The notes: generated by a model not told the origin, from the letters alone. 62,951 bases of DNA from a virus (IMGVR_UViG_3300045988_106087:1-62951), one strand, 5' to 3'; shown: positions 17,142 through 26,556, numbered from the stretch's first letter. Program-made: numbers and translations.

Positions 17142-18125
17142 ATGGAGAACGATGAAAGATTATTACTTTATGGTTCACAATCAATAGCAAAGTCATTTTC
17201 GGAGATTTTGAAAAGCAATTATGAGGATTTAAGTAAATTCAATCCCTATCATGACCGATTAGGTAGATTCACTACCGGTGGCGGCTTCATGAGTAGCGGA
17301 TATATAGGAGATCCAAATAAAAGAGCCGTAACATTCTCCGCAAACCCGGACACAAGAGCCGGTGCGATGGCTATTGCTAGAGCATCAAGCGGAAATAAAG
17401 CGCATCCTATCATTGGACAGGCATACGGTGGGAATACAAAGGTACCACCGAAACAGGATAAACCGAAGCAGACAAAACAGCCGAAGGCTAAAGAACCGGA
17501 AAAGCCGGATGATCCAATGAGACCGAAAAAACTCGCCGGTGTCGAACCGGGAGAGCCTATGGACTTTGACAAGGCAGATCATGGCAGCACAAACCCTAAT
17601 TATTCAAAAGGCGGCGGCTACTATGTGAATTGTCAAACTTGCGTCATAGCCAATGAAGCAAGGCGCAGGGGTTACGATGTAACGGCAAGACCGAAAGACA
17701 CCAAACAGGCAAATGAGATAGCACACGACCAAAGAAAAGCATGGATTGATCCAAAGACAGGAAAAAACCCTGATTATATGTCAGGTTGTCAAGAGGTAGG
17801 AACGGCAAAACAAGCCAAGAAATACCTTGATGATAATCTGAAAACCGGAGAAAGATATTTTCTCGGTCATTCATGGAGGGGAAGAAGTCGTTCAGGTCAT
17901 ATCATCACAACATTTAAGGATGCCGATGGAAATGTAACCTTGTACGATCCGCAATCAGGAAAGAAGATGACCGGTTCAGAGGTTGATTCTTATTTAAGCA
18001 GAATCAAATACAAGGCTTCCTCTTATGGCATAAAATTCAATCTTGGATTCCGGATATTGAGGGTAGACGATAAGCAGTTCAATACTGACTATGTAGACAA
18101 GATACTTGTGAAAGGCGGTGAGTAA
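17142..18125 (+). CDS. Linker-motif protein with C-terminal papain-fold toxin / glutamine-deamidase-like (Tox-PL1, Gln_amidase-like) domain
   Basis: N-terminus 'IAKSFSEILKSNYEDLSKFNPYHDRLGRFTTGGG'. C-terminus 'YYVNCQTCVIANEARRRGYDVTARP...GHIITTF...LYDPQSG' gives a Cys-His-Asp arrangement. Confidence 0.65.
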   Translation: MENDERLLLYGSQSIAKSFSEILKSNYEDLSKFNPYHDRLGRFTTGGGFMSSGYIGDPNKRAVTFSANPDTRAGAMAIARASSGNKAHPIIGQAYGGNTKVPPKQDKPKQTKQPKAKEPEKPDDPMRPKKLAGVEPGEPMDFDKADHGSTNPNYSKGGGYYVNCQTCVIANEARRRGYDVTARPKDTKQANEIAHDQRKAWIDPKTGKNPDYMSGCQEVGTAKQAKKYLDDNLKTGERYFLGHSWRGRSRSGHIITTFKDADGNVTLYDPQSGKKMTGSEVDSYLSRIKYKASSYGIKFNLGFRILRVDDKQFNTDYVDKILVKGGE

Positions 18126-18128
18126 AGC

Positions 18129-18398
18129 ATGGATCTGAAAAACGTGATTGCATTTGCAAAGAAAAACGGTTACGAAACAGCCGAAAAGCTGAACAACTGG
18201 AATGGATATGAATGCTATGAGCCGATTATGGATTCAAAGAAAGAAACCGCAGTAGGACCGCCGCTTCTTATCCTTGTAAAAGGAGATACAATCCGAATGT
18301 CCACACCTGATGAAGCATTCCAGCAGATGGATGATACAGAGGACACGGAAGAAACAACGGCAAAATCATTTAATGACTTTTTGAAAGAAAGGAGATAG
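18129..18398 (+). CDS. Small protein ending in the linker motif (…TAKSFNDFLKERR)
   Basis: 89-aa ORF. Confidence 0.55.
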   Translation: MDLKNVIAFAKKNGYETAEKLNNWNGYECYEPIMDSKKETAVGPPLLILVKGDTIRMSTPDEAFQQMDDTEDTEETTAKSFNDFLKERR

Positions 18399-18400
18399 TC

Positions 18401-19495
18401 ATGAAAAGACCAACAAAGTTAAGAAAAATGAAACTGAACAGCGTGGATTTTGTCCGCAATGGAGCCAATCAGGCAGCAGACATTGAACTCTACAAGAGTG
18501 CTGACTATGTGCCTGATGATGATGACGATGAAAGAAATTCTTTCTTTAAATCAATATCAGATGGCATTACGAACGTCTTGAAAAAGGCATTCAGAGAAGA
18601 TCCCGAACCGATTGACGTAGCAAAGGCAGAGAATGACCTTACAACGTTCACGGACGTACTCGGAGAATCGTTCTCAAGCATCATGAAAGACGATACTCTG
18701 GATGATTCCGAAAGAGTAGGGATGATTCAGAAAAGCCTTTCAGAGTTCAACGATACTTTAGGTGGGTATATCTCATCTTTTAGTATATTGGAGAAATCGG
18801 GTAGTGATACCCAACACTATGATCCGCAGGAAACCGTAAACAAATCAAACAGTAAAGGAGATGCAGAAATGGAAATCACAATGGAAAATGTCGATAAAAG
18901 CCTTTTAACTCCTGATGAAGCGGCACAGTTTGACGCTTTGATTGCAAAGGCTTGTAAGACAAAAAAAGCAGATGATCCGGTTACAGAACCGGAGATCGAA
19001 AAGGAAGATCCAAAGGCTGGGAAAGTAAACCCGGCAGCAAATCAGGAAGAGGAAATGGAAAATATGCCACCAGAGGTCAAAAAAGCATTTGCGGCTCTGA
19101 AAGAGGAAACCGCAAACCTCAGGAAAAACATGGAGATGCAGGAACTCTCCAAAGTTGCTAAGAAGTATACCCCTCTCGGCAAAAAGGAAAATGAACTGGT
19201 AGACACATTGTATACCATGAAATCCGCAGGAGAGAGCGTGTACAAATCATACGTTGATTCTCTTGACGCACAGCTTGATATCGTTGAAAAAAGCGGTATG
19301 TTCTCTGAAATCGGCAAATCGTTCACAGGCGGTTATTCGTCTTTGGCGAAGAGTGAGCCGGAATCAAAGATTGAAGCAATCGCAAAAGGCTACATGGATC
19401 AGGACCCTAACATGGACTACACAAGTGCAGTTGCTAAGGCTTGGGAAAACAATCCTGACCTTATGGTAGCCTATGAGAATGAATTTAGAGGATAA
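18401..19495 (+). CDS. Scaffolding protein (putative)
   Basis: 364 aa, acidic and helical, N-terminus 'KLNSVDFVRNGANQAADI'. Lies between the protease and capsid genes. Confidence 0.6.
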   Translation: MKRPTKLRKMKLNSVDFVRNGANQAADIELYKSADYVPDDDDDERNSFFKSISDGITNVLKKAFREDPEPIDVAKAENDLTTFTDVLGESFSSIMKDDTLDDSERVGMIQKSLSEFNDTLGGYISSFSILEKSGSDTQHYDPQETVNKSNSKGDAEMEITMENVDKSLLTPDEAAQFDALIAKACKTKKADDPVTEPEIEKEDPKAGKVNPAANQEEEMENMPPEVKKAFAALKEETANLRKNMEMQELSKVAKKYTPLGKKENELVDTLYTMKSAGESVYKSYVDSLDAQLDIVEKSGMFSEIGKSFTGGYSSLAKSEPESKIEAIAKGYMDQDPNMDYTSAVAKAWENNPDLMVAYENEFRG

Positions 19496-19514
19496 GAGAA
19501 AGGAGACATAAGTC

Positions 19515-19952
19515 ATGGCAAATGTAAACGGTGTACAGATTAACCAGACTCCTACAATCGTAGAGAAAGCAGGAGCGGCTATTGATGATGTACGTAACAA
19601 AATCTTGAAGTATGACACGAGCGGAAATGTCGTATTGGCAACCGCTGGTACTGACATCCCGGTTGGTATCGCACTTGTCGAAGCCGGCTATAACGACATT
19701 ACCGGAGCAGAATCCGGAAAAGTCGCAAGCGGTGACGATGTAGATATCCAGATCAAAGATATCGGTTATGTTGTTGCAGGAGCAGCCATCACAAAAGGAC
19801 AGGAAGTAACGGCAGGAACAGGCGGAAAAGCAGCACCAGCCGCTGCCGGAAATTATGTTCTTGGATTCGCATTGAACAGTGCATCCGCAAACGGTATGTG
19901 CAAGGTTCAGATTGCAAAATATCAGAAAGCACCAACAGTTAGTAACACTTAA
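19515..19952 (+). CDS. DUF2190-like head decoration / cement protein
   Basis: 145 aa, Gly/Ala-rich beta protein directly upstream of the major capsid gene. Confidence 0.6.
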   Translation: MANVNGVQINQTPTIVEKAGAAIDDVRNKILKYDTSGNVVLATAGTDIPVGIALVEAGYNDITGAESGKVASGDDVDIQIKDIGYVVAGAAITKGQEVTAGTGGKAAPAAAGNYVLGFALNSASANGMCKVQIAKYQKAPTVSNT

Positions 19953-19973
19953 AAAATTAGGAGGTAATAAAAG

Positions 19974-20996
19974 ATGAGAAATACAGCATCAGGCATCCAG
20001 GCAGAAATCGCTAAGGGTGCATTTAGACCACATACAGCCTTGTCCAATATGGCATTGGCTTACTATCAGAATGCGTCAAATTACTTTGCGAAAGCAATCT
20101 TCCCAATTTGCCCGGTAGATTTGTCCTCGGACAACTACTACAAATTCAGCAAAGAAGATCTGCTTCGTGATGATTGGCAGAGAAAACCGGCTTACGGTAA
20201 GGTTCAGCCAGCGGTACTGTCCGAAAGCACAGATACCTACAATTGTAAGGTAGATCAGATGATTATGGGTATCGACCAGATCCGTCAGACAGACCTTCAG
20301 CGCAGACAGGGACCATCTATCAGAAATCCAAGACAGCAGAGAACAAAATCTATTGCGGAGAAAGCAAACATCCATCAGGATGTAATGTTCGCAAACGGAT
20401 TCTTCAAAGCAGGTGTATGGAATGATGAATGGGAAGGTGTTGCAAGTTCTGCAACCGGAAAGCAGTTCATCAAATTCTCTGATGACAACTCTGAACCTAT
20501 CAAATTCGTTGATGAAAGAAAGACAGATATGCAGGAATCCACCGGACGTACTCCAAACAGACTTGCCCTTGGTGCCAATGTATTCAATGCGTTGAAAGAG
20601 CATCCGGCAATCTTGGAGCGTGTTAAATATGGCGGTTCTACAGCGAACCCTGCATCCGTAACAGAAAAGGTTCTTGCTGAATTGTTCGGTGTTGAGAAGT
20701 TAGTTGTTCTCAAATCCATTCAGAACAAAGCCGCTTACGGAGAAGCAGGAAACATGGGATTCATCGGTGATCCTGATGCTTTCCTTTTGGCATACGCTAC
20801 AAATGCTCCGGCAGTTGACGAGCCATCCGCTGGTTACATCTTCACATGGGATATGCTTGGAAACGGTCAGACGTTGCCAATCTTGAACTATGATGGAGAG
20901 CCTGGAACACACTCCGAATATGTTGAGGGACTTATGGCTTGCGACATGAAGAAAACGGCTGATGACTTGGCTATGTTCTTCAAGAGTGCAGTATAA
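19974..20996 (+). CDS. Major capsid protein
   Basis: 340 aa. Strong RBS (TAGGAGG). Position after scaffold and decoration genes. Confidence 0.8.
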   Translation: MRNTASGIQAEIAKGAFRPHTALSNMALAYYQNASNYFAKAIFPICPVDLSSDNYYKFSKEDLLRDDWQRKPAYGKVQPAVLSESTDTYNCKVDQMIMGIDQIRQTDLQRRQGPSIRNPRQQRTKSIAEKANIHQDVMFANGFFKAGVWNDEWEGVASSATGKQFIKFSDDNSEPIKFVDERKTDMQESTGRTPNRLALGANVFNALKEHPAILERVKYGGSTANPASVTEKVLAELFGVEKLVVLKSIQNKAAYGEAGNMGFIGDPDAFLLAYATNAPAVDEPSAGYIFTWDMLGNGQTLPILNYDGEPGTHSEYVEGLMACDMKKTADDLAMFFKSAV

Positions 20997-21012
20997 GGAA
21001 AGGTGATCGCTT

Positions 21013-21531
21013 ATGAAGATAATCGCATTAAAGCCTTGCAACTTTGGGGGGAATAAGTTTCTTATCGGGGATGAAATCCCGGAAGAACTTGTTCAGAACC
21101 CAAATGAGCAGAAAAAGCGAGGTGTGATTGCTATCTCACAGGACGGCGAGAGTATTCCGATGGCTAAGGTAACAGCCAATGTTTCCGAAATGAAAATCCC
21201 GGTTGTTATCCACTCTGAAAAGGGAGACCTTACCATCGAAGTAACACAGGAAGAATTGAATGTATTTTTCGATGTACTTCAAATTCCTGTATCAAAGACA
21301 GAAGATAAGCAGAAAGTTTCTGTTTTGATTCAGTCTATTGAATCTCTCGATCTTCTCATCATGCTTGATGCATTGGATGGACGTAAGTTCGTCAAAGAGG
21401 AATCGGAGAAGAGAGCGGATGCAATTACACCTGACAAAGAGGATTCGGGAACACCGGAGCCTAATGTTGATGATGCTGACGAAAAAGAACCGGAGGGAAC
21501 ACCTGACGATGAGCAGGGCGGTGATGAGTAG
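21013..21531 (+). CDS. Hypothetical head-associated protein with acidic C-terminus
   Basis: 172-aa ORF. Confidence 0.5.
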   Translation: MKIIALKPCNFGGNKFLIGDEIPEELVQNPNEQKKRGVIAISQDGESIPMAKVTANVSEMKIPVVIHSEKGDLTIEVTQEELNVFFDVLQIPVSKTEDKQKVSVLIQSIESLDLLIMLDALDGRKFVKEESEKRADAITPDKEDSGTPEPNVDDADEKEPEGTPDDEQGGDE

Positions 21532-21932
21532 TGGCAGCATACACTTATGATCCAACGCAGATATATGATAATGGATTGAATCAAATGCGGTTTGAATTGC
21601 AGGACAACATCATTGAGGGCGAGGGTATAACTTGCGCCCTTGGTGATGAAGAGTATACGGCTATCATTGAGCATGAAAAGACGTGGCGAAAGGCAAAGGT
21701 TAAATGCCTGAAAGCAATCGTCACAAAGATGGCTTATGAAGTCACTACAAGCACAGATGGTTTGTCCTATTCATTATCTGATCGGTACGAACGGTGGAAG
21801 GCTATGTATGAGGAAGAAAAGAAAAAGGATATGGCAGCAGTTCCGACCGCTGACCCTCTCTCATTACAAGGACCACCGGGAGAGCCACCGTATTTCCACA
21901 CTGACCTTCACACCAATATCAGAAAACGATAG
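21531..21932 (+). CDS. Head-tail connector protein (putative)
   Basis: 133 aa. Called by position. Confidence 0.5.
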   Translation: MAAYTYDPTQIYDNGLNQMRFELQDNIIEGEGITCALGDEEYTAIIEHEKTWRKAKVKCLKAIVTKMAYEVTTSTDGLSYSLSDRYERWKAMYEEEKKKDMAAVPTADPLSLQGPPGEPPYFHTDLHTNIRKR

Positions 21933-21943
21933 GGGGTGTGCAT

Positions 21944-22306
21944 ATGCCTTTTTACAGACCGGGGCAAGGGTTCAAGACCTTTACGGTAAAAAAACTCGGT
22001 AAAGCGGTAAATACGAACGGAAGAGTGCAGAAAGCCGGTTACGAATCGGCAGGAAATATTATCGGAATCCTTGCATCCGCAACGCAGAAAGAAATGGAGT
22101 TGTGGAAGCAAAAAGGACATCCGATCACTCACAAGGTTGTTCAAGTTGGTATTGCAGACTTTGCAACGGCCACAAATTACCTTGTACTTTCTGAAACAGG
22201 CAAGAAAGACCGTTATTTCTATGTGCAGGGAACCGGAGACCCCGGAGAGCTACACCATATGATGCGGTATTTCGTTGAGGAAAGGAATGATTTGAAAAAT
22301 GGATGA
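21944..22306 (+). CDS. Head-tail adaptor / head closure protein (putative)
   Basis: About 120 aa. ATG lies 7 nt after AGGGGG. Called by position and size. Confidence 0.55.
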   Translation: MPFYRPGQGFKTFTVKKLGKAVNTNGRVQKAGYESAGNIIGILASATQKEMELWKQKGHPITHKVVQVGIADFATATNYLVLSETGKKDRYFYVQGTGDPGELHHMMRYFVEERNDLKNG

Positions 22307-22751
22307 TGTATCAGCAAAGATCGAGAATGTTTGCAAAGAGATTTCCACCAAAATCTCGATAGGCATGAGGTCAAGGGGTTATCGTGCAGCAAACGAACTC
22401 CGAAACGCTTCACAGCTTGTCCTAAGGGGACAAAGGAGCGGTAGGAGATATCGTGTACCAGGAACACGTAGACATTACACGGCATCCGCTCCCGGAGAAC
22501 CGCCAGCAGTAAGAACCGGAGTATTCCGTGCAAGTTGGCAGCCAAAACAAGAGGTAAATGTAGGCACGAACAACCAAGTCTCTGTTAGATCCTACATAGA
22601 GAGCAGACAGAGAACGGATAACGGCAAATATAACCTCGGTTCAATCCTTGAAAAGGGAAGCGGAAGAATGGCACCGAGACCTTACAAGGAAAAGATACAG
22701 GAAAAGGCAAAACCGAAAATCGTTAAGATTTACAAAGAGCCTTATATGTAG
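22299..22751 (+). CDS. HK97 gp10-family tail-completion protein
   Basis: The 'PGEPPAVRTGVFRASW' motif is typical of the gp10 family. Confidence 0.65.
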   Translation: MDDVSAKIENVCKEISTKISIGMRSRGYRAANELRNASQLVLRGQRSGRRYRVPGTRRHYTASAPGEPPAVRTGVFRASWQPKQEVNVGTNNQVSVRSYIESRQRTDNGKYNLGSILEKGSGRMAPRPYKEKIQEKAKPKIVKIYKEPYM

Positions 22752-22768
22752 AGCAGAAAGGAAATGTC

Positions 22769-23644
22769 ATGGAATCAATTATTTATAACTATCTATGCGA
22801 CAACATAGAAAGTCTAACTAAATATGCGGACGTTCCGGCGGTATTCAATACCAAAGCACCGGATGACATGGACGAAAATTGGAACGAAGAAACACAGTTT
22901 CCAAGAATCGTCTTTGACCTGAATATGCAGGCAGATCCAGAACGCAAGATATCCGGCCAGCTGATGGTTGATGTCATGTGTGAGGATAAGGCAGATTCCA
23001 TTTCCGTTGAGGAAATAGAAAAGTCCGTAAAGGATTATGTCGATGGATGCTTTTTCTCTACACCTGATCTCACGATATCGGCTCAATGGGGAAGTTCGAA
23101 CCCATTCGAACAGAACGATGACGATGTGATAGGAACAACCGTTGTATTTGACGTGATGGCTTATCCGTCACAAGTAACAGAATCCCCCGACCCGGTAGCC
23201 GCAACAAACCTATGGCTTAAAACTATGTATCAGGATGCATATGTCATAGGGCGAGATACCCTTCCCCAAACATGGAAACCCACAGATGAAGCACCTGCTA
23301 TCTATTGCAGCCTTTTCAGACTTGGTGAAAGTTCAAGGATGAAAAGTACATCCGGTGTTGACTGGATAGGTGCTGAACTCCACATAAACATCATGGCACC
23401 AAGCGAAAGCGTAAGATCCACGATATCCAAACAAATCATTCAATTGTTAAGTCATGCAACAAGAATCATCCTCGGTGATGGTTCTCCGATGCTGATTGAT
23501 AAACTAACCGCCAATATGGCGGCTGATCCGTTGAGAACGGGACAGGTAATAGTCAACACAACCTATGGGGTGCTGACTACGGAATCGAAAATAAGGTTAA
23601 GGCGAACATACATACACGGTATGGACGCAGAAAGTGAGGTTTAA
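22769..23644 (+). CDS. Hypothetical tail-proximal structural protein
   Basis: 291-aa ORF upstream of the sheath gene. Confidence 0.5.
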   Translation: MESIIYNYLCDNIESLTKYADVPAVFNTKAPDDMDENWNEETQFPRIVFDLNMQADPERKISGQLMVDVMCEDKADSISVEEIEKSVKDYVDGCFFSTPDLTISAQWGSSNPFEQNDDDVIGTTVVFDVMAYPSQVTESPDPVAATNLWLKTMYQDAYVIGRDTLPQTWKPTDEAPAIYCSLFRLGESSRMKSTSGVDWIGAELHINIMAPSESVRSTISKQIIQLLSHATRIILGDGSPMLIDKLTANMAADPLRTGQVIVNTTYGVLTTESKIRLRRTYIHGMDAESEV

Positions 23645-23646
23645 TC

Positions 23647-23898
23647 ATGGCAAACAACAACAATGCCACGGTCAATAAGGCAAATGTTTCTGCCCCTCAA
23701 AAGCAGAAGATTGAACCTAAAGTGGCAAAGAACGAACCGACTTACACAATCGGAGAGTTTGCTTCCGCTCCTACCTCGGTTGGAACGGAAAACCCTGATA
23801 TCGTTACAGCCGCATTGACAGTAAGCGGTAAAGAATCGTTTACCGTAAGCGAAGCAAAAGAGATTATTGAGAAGTTCAAAAAGAAGGAGGTAAAGTAG
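23647..23898 (+). CDS. Hypothetical small protein
   Basis: 83-aa ORF. Confidence 0.5.
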   Translation: MANNNNATVNKANVSAPQKQKIEPKVAKNEPTYTIGEFASAPTSVGTENPDIVTAALTVSGKESFTVSEAKEIIEKFKKKEVK

Positions 23899-23899
23899 C

Positions 23900-25306
23900 A
23901 TGGGATCGTTTTATAACGTAGGTGAAAAGAAAATCCGTCCTGGTGTATACAGACGGTATGAGAACGTCGGAGAATCATCTACTCCTAGTGCGATTTACGG
24001 AGTGTTTGCGATGGCTATTCATTCAGACATCGGACCTCTTGCAACCGTATCTACTTACGGAAGAGATGATATTGACGAGTTCAAAAAGACATACGGAACA
24101 GGTGGAACCGCTGACGCAGTTTTGAAACTGTTTGACGGCGGTGCAACAAAAGTATTTGTATATCGTCTTGGAACAGGCGGAGCGAAAGCAACGGTAACGT
24201 TAAAAGGTGGAGAGAGTACAAACCTTGTTACTCTCACAACGAAGACAGAAACGGACAAAGATTTTGCCGTAACCGTAAAGGCTAAACTCGGAAGTACCGA
24301 TACAAAACAGTTGCTTGTATACAGCGGTACAGAGTTATTGGAAACTCTGGAGTTTGCATCCGGAAGCACAGAAAGCACAAATCTTGTCAACGTTGTAAAA
24401 GAAAGTTCCGCTTACCTTGATGCTGCCAAAGTGGCAGATGGTGAGTTGGACGATGTAGCAAATGAAAGTCTTACAAGCGGAACCGCTCCTACCGTAGATA
24501 CAGAATCTTATTCTGCAGCATTTACGGCACTTGAGCCGTTCAAGTGGAACATGATGGTGCTTGATACGGTTGAGACAACGGTACACGCACTCGTTAAGGC
24601 TTACATTAACCGTATCTTCAAAGAGGGAGCATTGGGTGTATGTGCATTCGGCGAGCCAACAACCGTTGCATTTGACACAAGAAAAGCACACGCTGCCGCT
24701 TTCAATGATGAGAAGATCATCTATCTCGGAAGTGGTTATGAAGACGGAGACGGCAATAAGGTTGACGGTTACCTTTCCGTTGCTACACAGGCTGGTATCA
24801 TCGGTTCTACCGAAAGCAATACATCCGTAACACATACCGTCATTCCGGGAGCGGTAAACACCCTTGAGGTATTGAAAAACTCCCAGTATGAGGATGCAAT
24901 CAAAAACGGTATGCTTCTTCTTTCCACGAACGATGAAGGTCAGGTGTGGTTTGATGCCGCTATCAATACCCTTGTTACTCCTGGAGACGATCAGGACGAA
25001 GGCTGGAAGAAAATCCGCAGAACATCCACACGGTTTGAGATGTTCGACCGTATCGACCGTGCTCTTGCACCATTGATCGGAAAGGTAAATTGCGACAACC
25101 TCGGTATTGGTGATTGCGTAAATGCCGCACAAGCCGTACTTGATGCGATGGTAGCCGAAGGCAAATTGCAGGAAGGTGCAGCATTTTCAGAAGACGAAAC
25201 AAAACAGAGAGGTCCTGACTTTGCATACTTTGTTATCACAGCGGATGACCTTGACAGCCTTGAGAAAATCTATCTGACCTATCAGTTTAGATTTTCCGCA
25301 GAATAA
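23900..25306 (+). CDS. Contractile tail sheath protein (XkdK-like)
   Basis: 468 aa. The N-terminus 'YNVGEKKIRPGVYRRYENVG' is typical of sheath proteins. Followed by the tube gene. Confidence 0.85.
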   Translation: MGSFYNVGEKKIRPGVYRRYENVGESSTPSAIYGVFAMAIHSDIGPLATVSTYGRDDIDEFKKTYGTGGTADAVLKLFDGGATKVFVYRLGTGGAKATVTLKGGESTNLVTLTTKTETDKDFAVTVKAKLGSTDTKQLLVYSGTELLETLEFASGSTESTNLVNVVKESSAYLDAAKVADGELDDVANESLTSGTAPTVDTESYSAAFTALEPFKWNMMVLDTVETTVHALVKAYINRIFKEGALGVCAFGEPTTVAFDTRKAHAAAFNDEKIIYLGSGYEDGDGNKVDGYLSVATQAGIIGSTESNTSVTHTVIPGAVNTLEVLKNSQYEDAIKNGMLLLSTNDEGQVWFDAAINTLVTPGDDQDEGWKKIRRTSTRFEMFDRIDRALAPLIGKVNCDNLGIGDCVNAAQAVLDAMVAEGKLQEGAAFSEDETKQRGPDFAYFVITADDLDSLEKIYLTYQFRFSAE

Positions 25307-25325
25307 GAAAGGAGTGAAATAAGCT

Positions 25326-25790
25326 ATGGCAGATGCAACATTAGATCCACGGAAAGTAATGACCGGACATGACGGCAGATTGTATGTTGTTGTTGACGGT
25401 GCTTCTATATTCATGGCAAATGTAGATACATTTCAGGCGCAGTTAAGTTTCTCGAACATTGATTTTAACCCGATTGGAGACAGATGGACATATCCTATCC
25501 AGGGTAATGTTTCCGGTAACTTGACAATCACGGAAGCGGTAGTGTCAGACGAGTTCACACTCGGACCTGTACTTGACGCAATCGCAGCAGGAAAGAAGAT
25601 TTTCTATCAGTTCCGTGGTGTGCTTGATCGTCAGTATGACGCAAAGCAGGAAGATATCACTTACAAAGAGTGTGTTCCTGATGGCACATGGGATATCCAG
25701 AACCTTACACCGGGAGACGTTATCAAACGTTCCCTCGGATTCCGTATGGGTGTAGTGCCTACAAGATTGAAGCAGGCAGCTTTATCATAA
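25326..25790 (+). CDS. Tail tube protein (XkdM-like)
   Basis: 154 aa, 'GHDGRLYVVVDG...FQAQLSFSNIDFNPIGD'. Confidence 0.8.
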   Translation: MADATLDPRKVMTGHDGRLYVVVDGASIFMANVDTFQAQLSFSNIDFNPIGDRWTYPIQGNVSGNLTITEAVVSDEFTLGPVLDAIAAGKKIFYQFRGVLDRQYDAKQEDITYKECVPDGTWDIQNLTPGDVIKRSLGFRMGVVPTRLKQAALS

Positions 25791-25819
25791 TCAAATAAAT
25801 TTTATAGGAGGAAATTATC

Positions 25820-26338
25820 ATGACCGCAGAAAACAATGAAAAGAAACCTACAGGACTTCCAAGTCAGGAAGTTATTGACCGTACAGAAGAGGAGTTGATT
25901 GCCGGATTGCTGGCAGCCGCTGACTATGCAGTGGACGAAAGCATTCAGAAAGAGATTGCGATCCGAAGAAACGGAAAAGAAATGTTCCGTTTCAACATCC
26001 GTCCGCTTGGTGAGCCGGAATTGCAGAGAATCCGCAAACAGTCCACACCTTACTACCCTAACCCAGAGGGTAAAAGACTTCCTAAGATCGAGGGAGATAT
26101 CCGGTATGGTGAGTTTAAGAGCCGTAAAATCTATGCGGCAACGGTAGATGCTGACAAAGAAAAACTTTGGGATAATCCTAAAGTTAAAAGCGGACTTGCT
26201 GCCAAAGGACACGACATCATTGAAAGTTGGGAAATCATTGATGCCGTTCTTATGGCCGGAGAGAAAAACCAGATCAGTGATGTGATTGACGATATCAGCG
26301 GATACGACATGGATCTTACTGAATACGCAAAAAACTAA
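25820..26338 (+). CDS. Tail assembly chaperone (XkdN-like), zero-frame product
   Basis: 172 aa, between the tube and tape-measure genes. Ends 3 nt after a slippery heptamer. Confidence 0.75.
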   Translation: MTAENNEKKPTGLPSQEVIDRTEEELIAGLLAAADYAVDESIQKEIAIRRNGKEMFRFNIRPLGEPELQRIRKQSTPYYPNPEGKRLPKIEGDIRYGEFKSRKIYAATVDADKEKLWDNPKVKSGLAAKGHDIIESWEIIDAVLMAGEKNQISDVIDDISGYDMDLTEYAKN

Positions 26339-26535
26339 TCGAAACTTCATCCATGGCGCAGTTGCTGGAACACATCTTTTGTGAGTTCGGTGTAATGCCG
26401 GATGAGGTAATGAATAAGACGGACGGCACAAGGGCATTTATGTTTGCTTGTGCCATCCGGGATATTGGTGGAGAAACATTCCACGCAAAGAAACAACAAA
26501 GGCAAGTTTATTGTCCGTTATTACAACAATCATAG
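26323..26535 (+). CDS. -1 frame extension of the tail assembly chaperone (G-T type fusion product 25820..26535)
   Basis: After the slip the frame reads ...EYAKK LIETSSMAQLLEHIF.... Ends 21 nt before the tape-measure start. Confidence 0.65.
   Translation: MRKKLIETSSMAQLLEHIFCEFGVMPDEVMNKTDGTRAFMFACAIRDIGGETFHAKKQQRQVYCPLLQQS
26329..26335 (+). promoter_or_regulatory. -1 programmed ribosomal frameshift slippery heptamer A_AAA_AAC
   Basis: In zero-frame register (gcA AAA AAC taa). The -1 frame is open from 26323 to 26535. Confidence 0.75.
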
Positions 26536-26556
26536 CAGGAAGGAGGTAGTGTCAGC

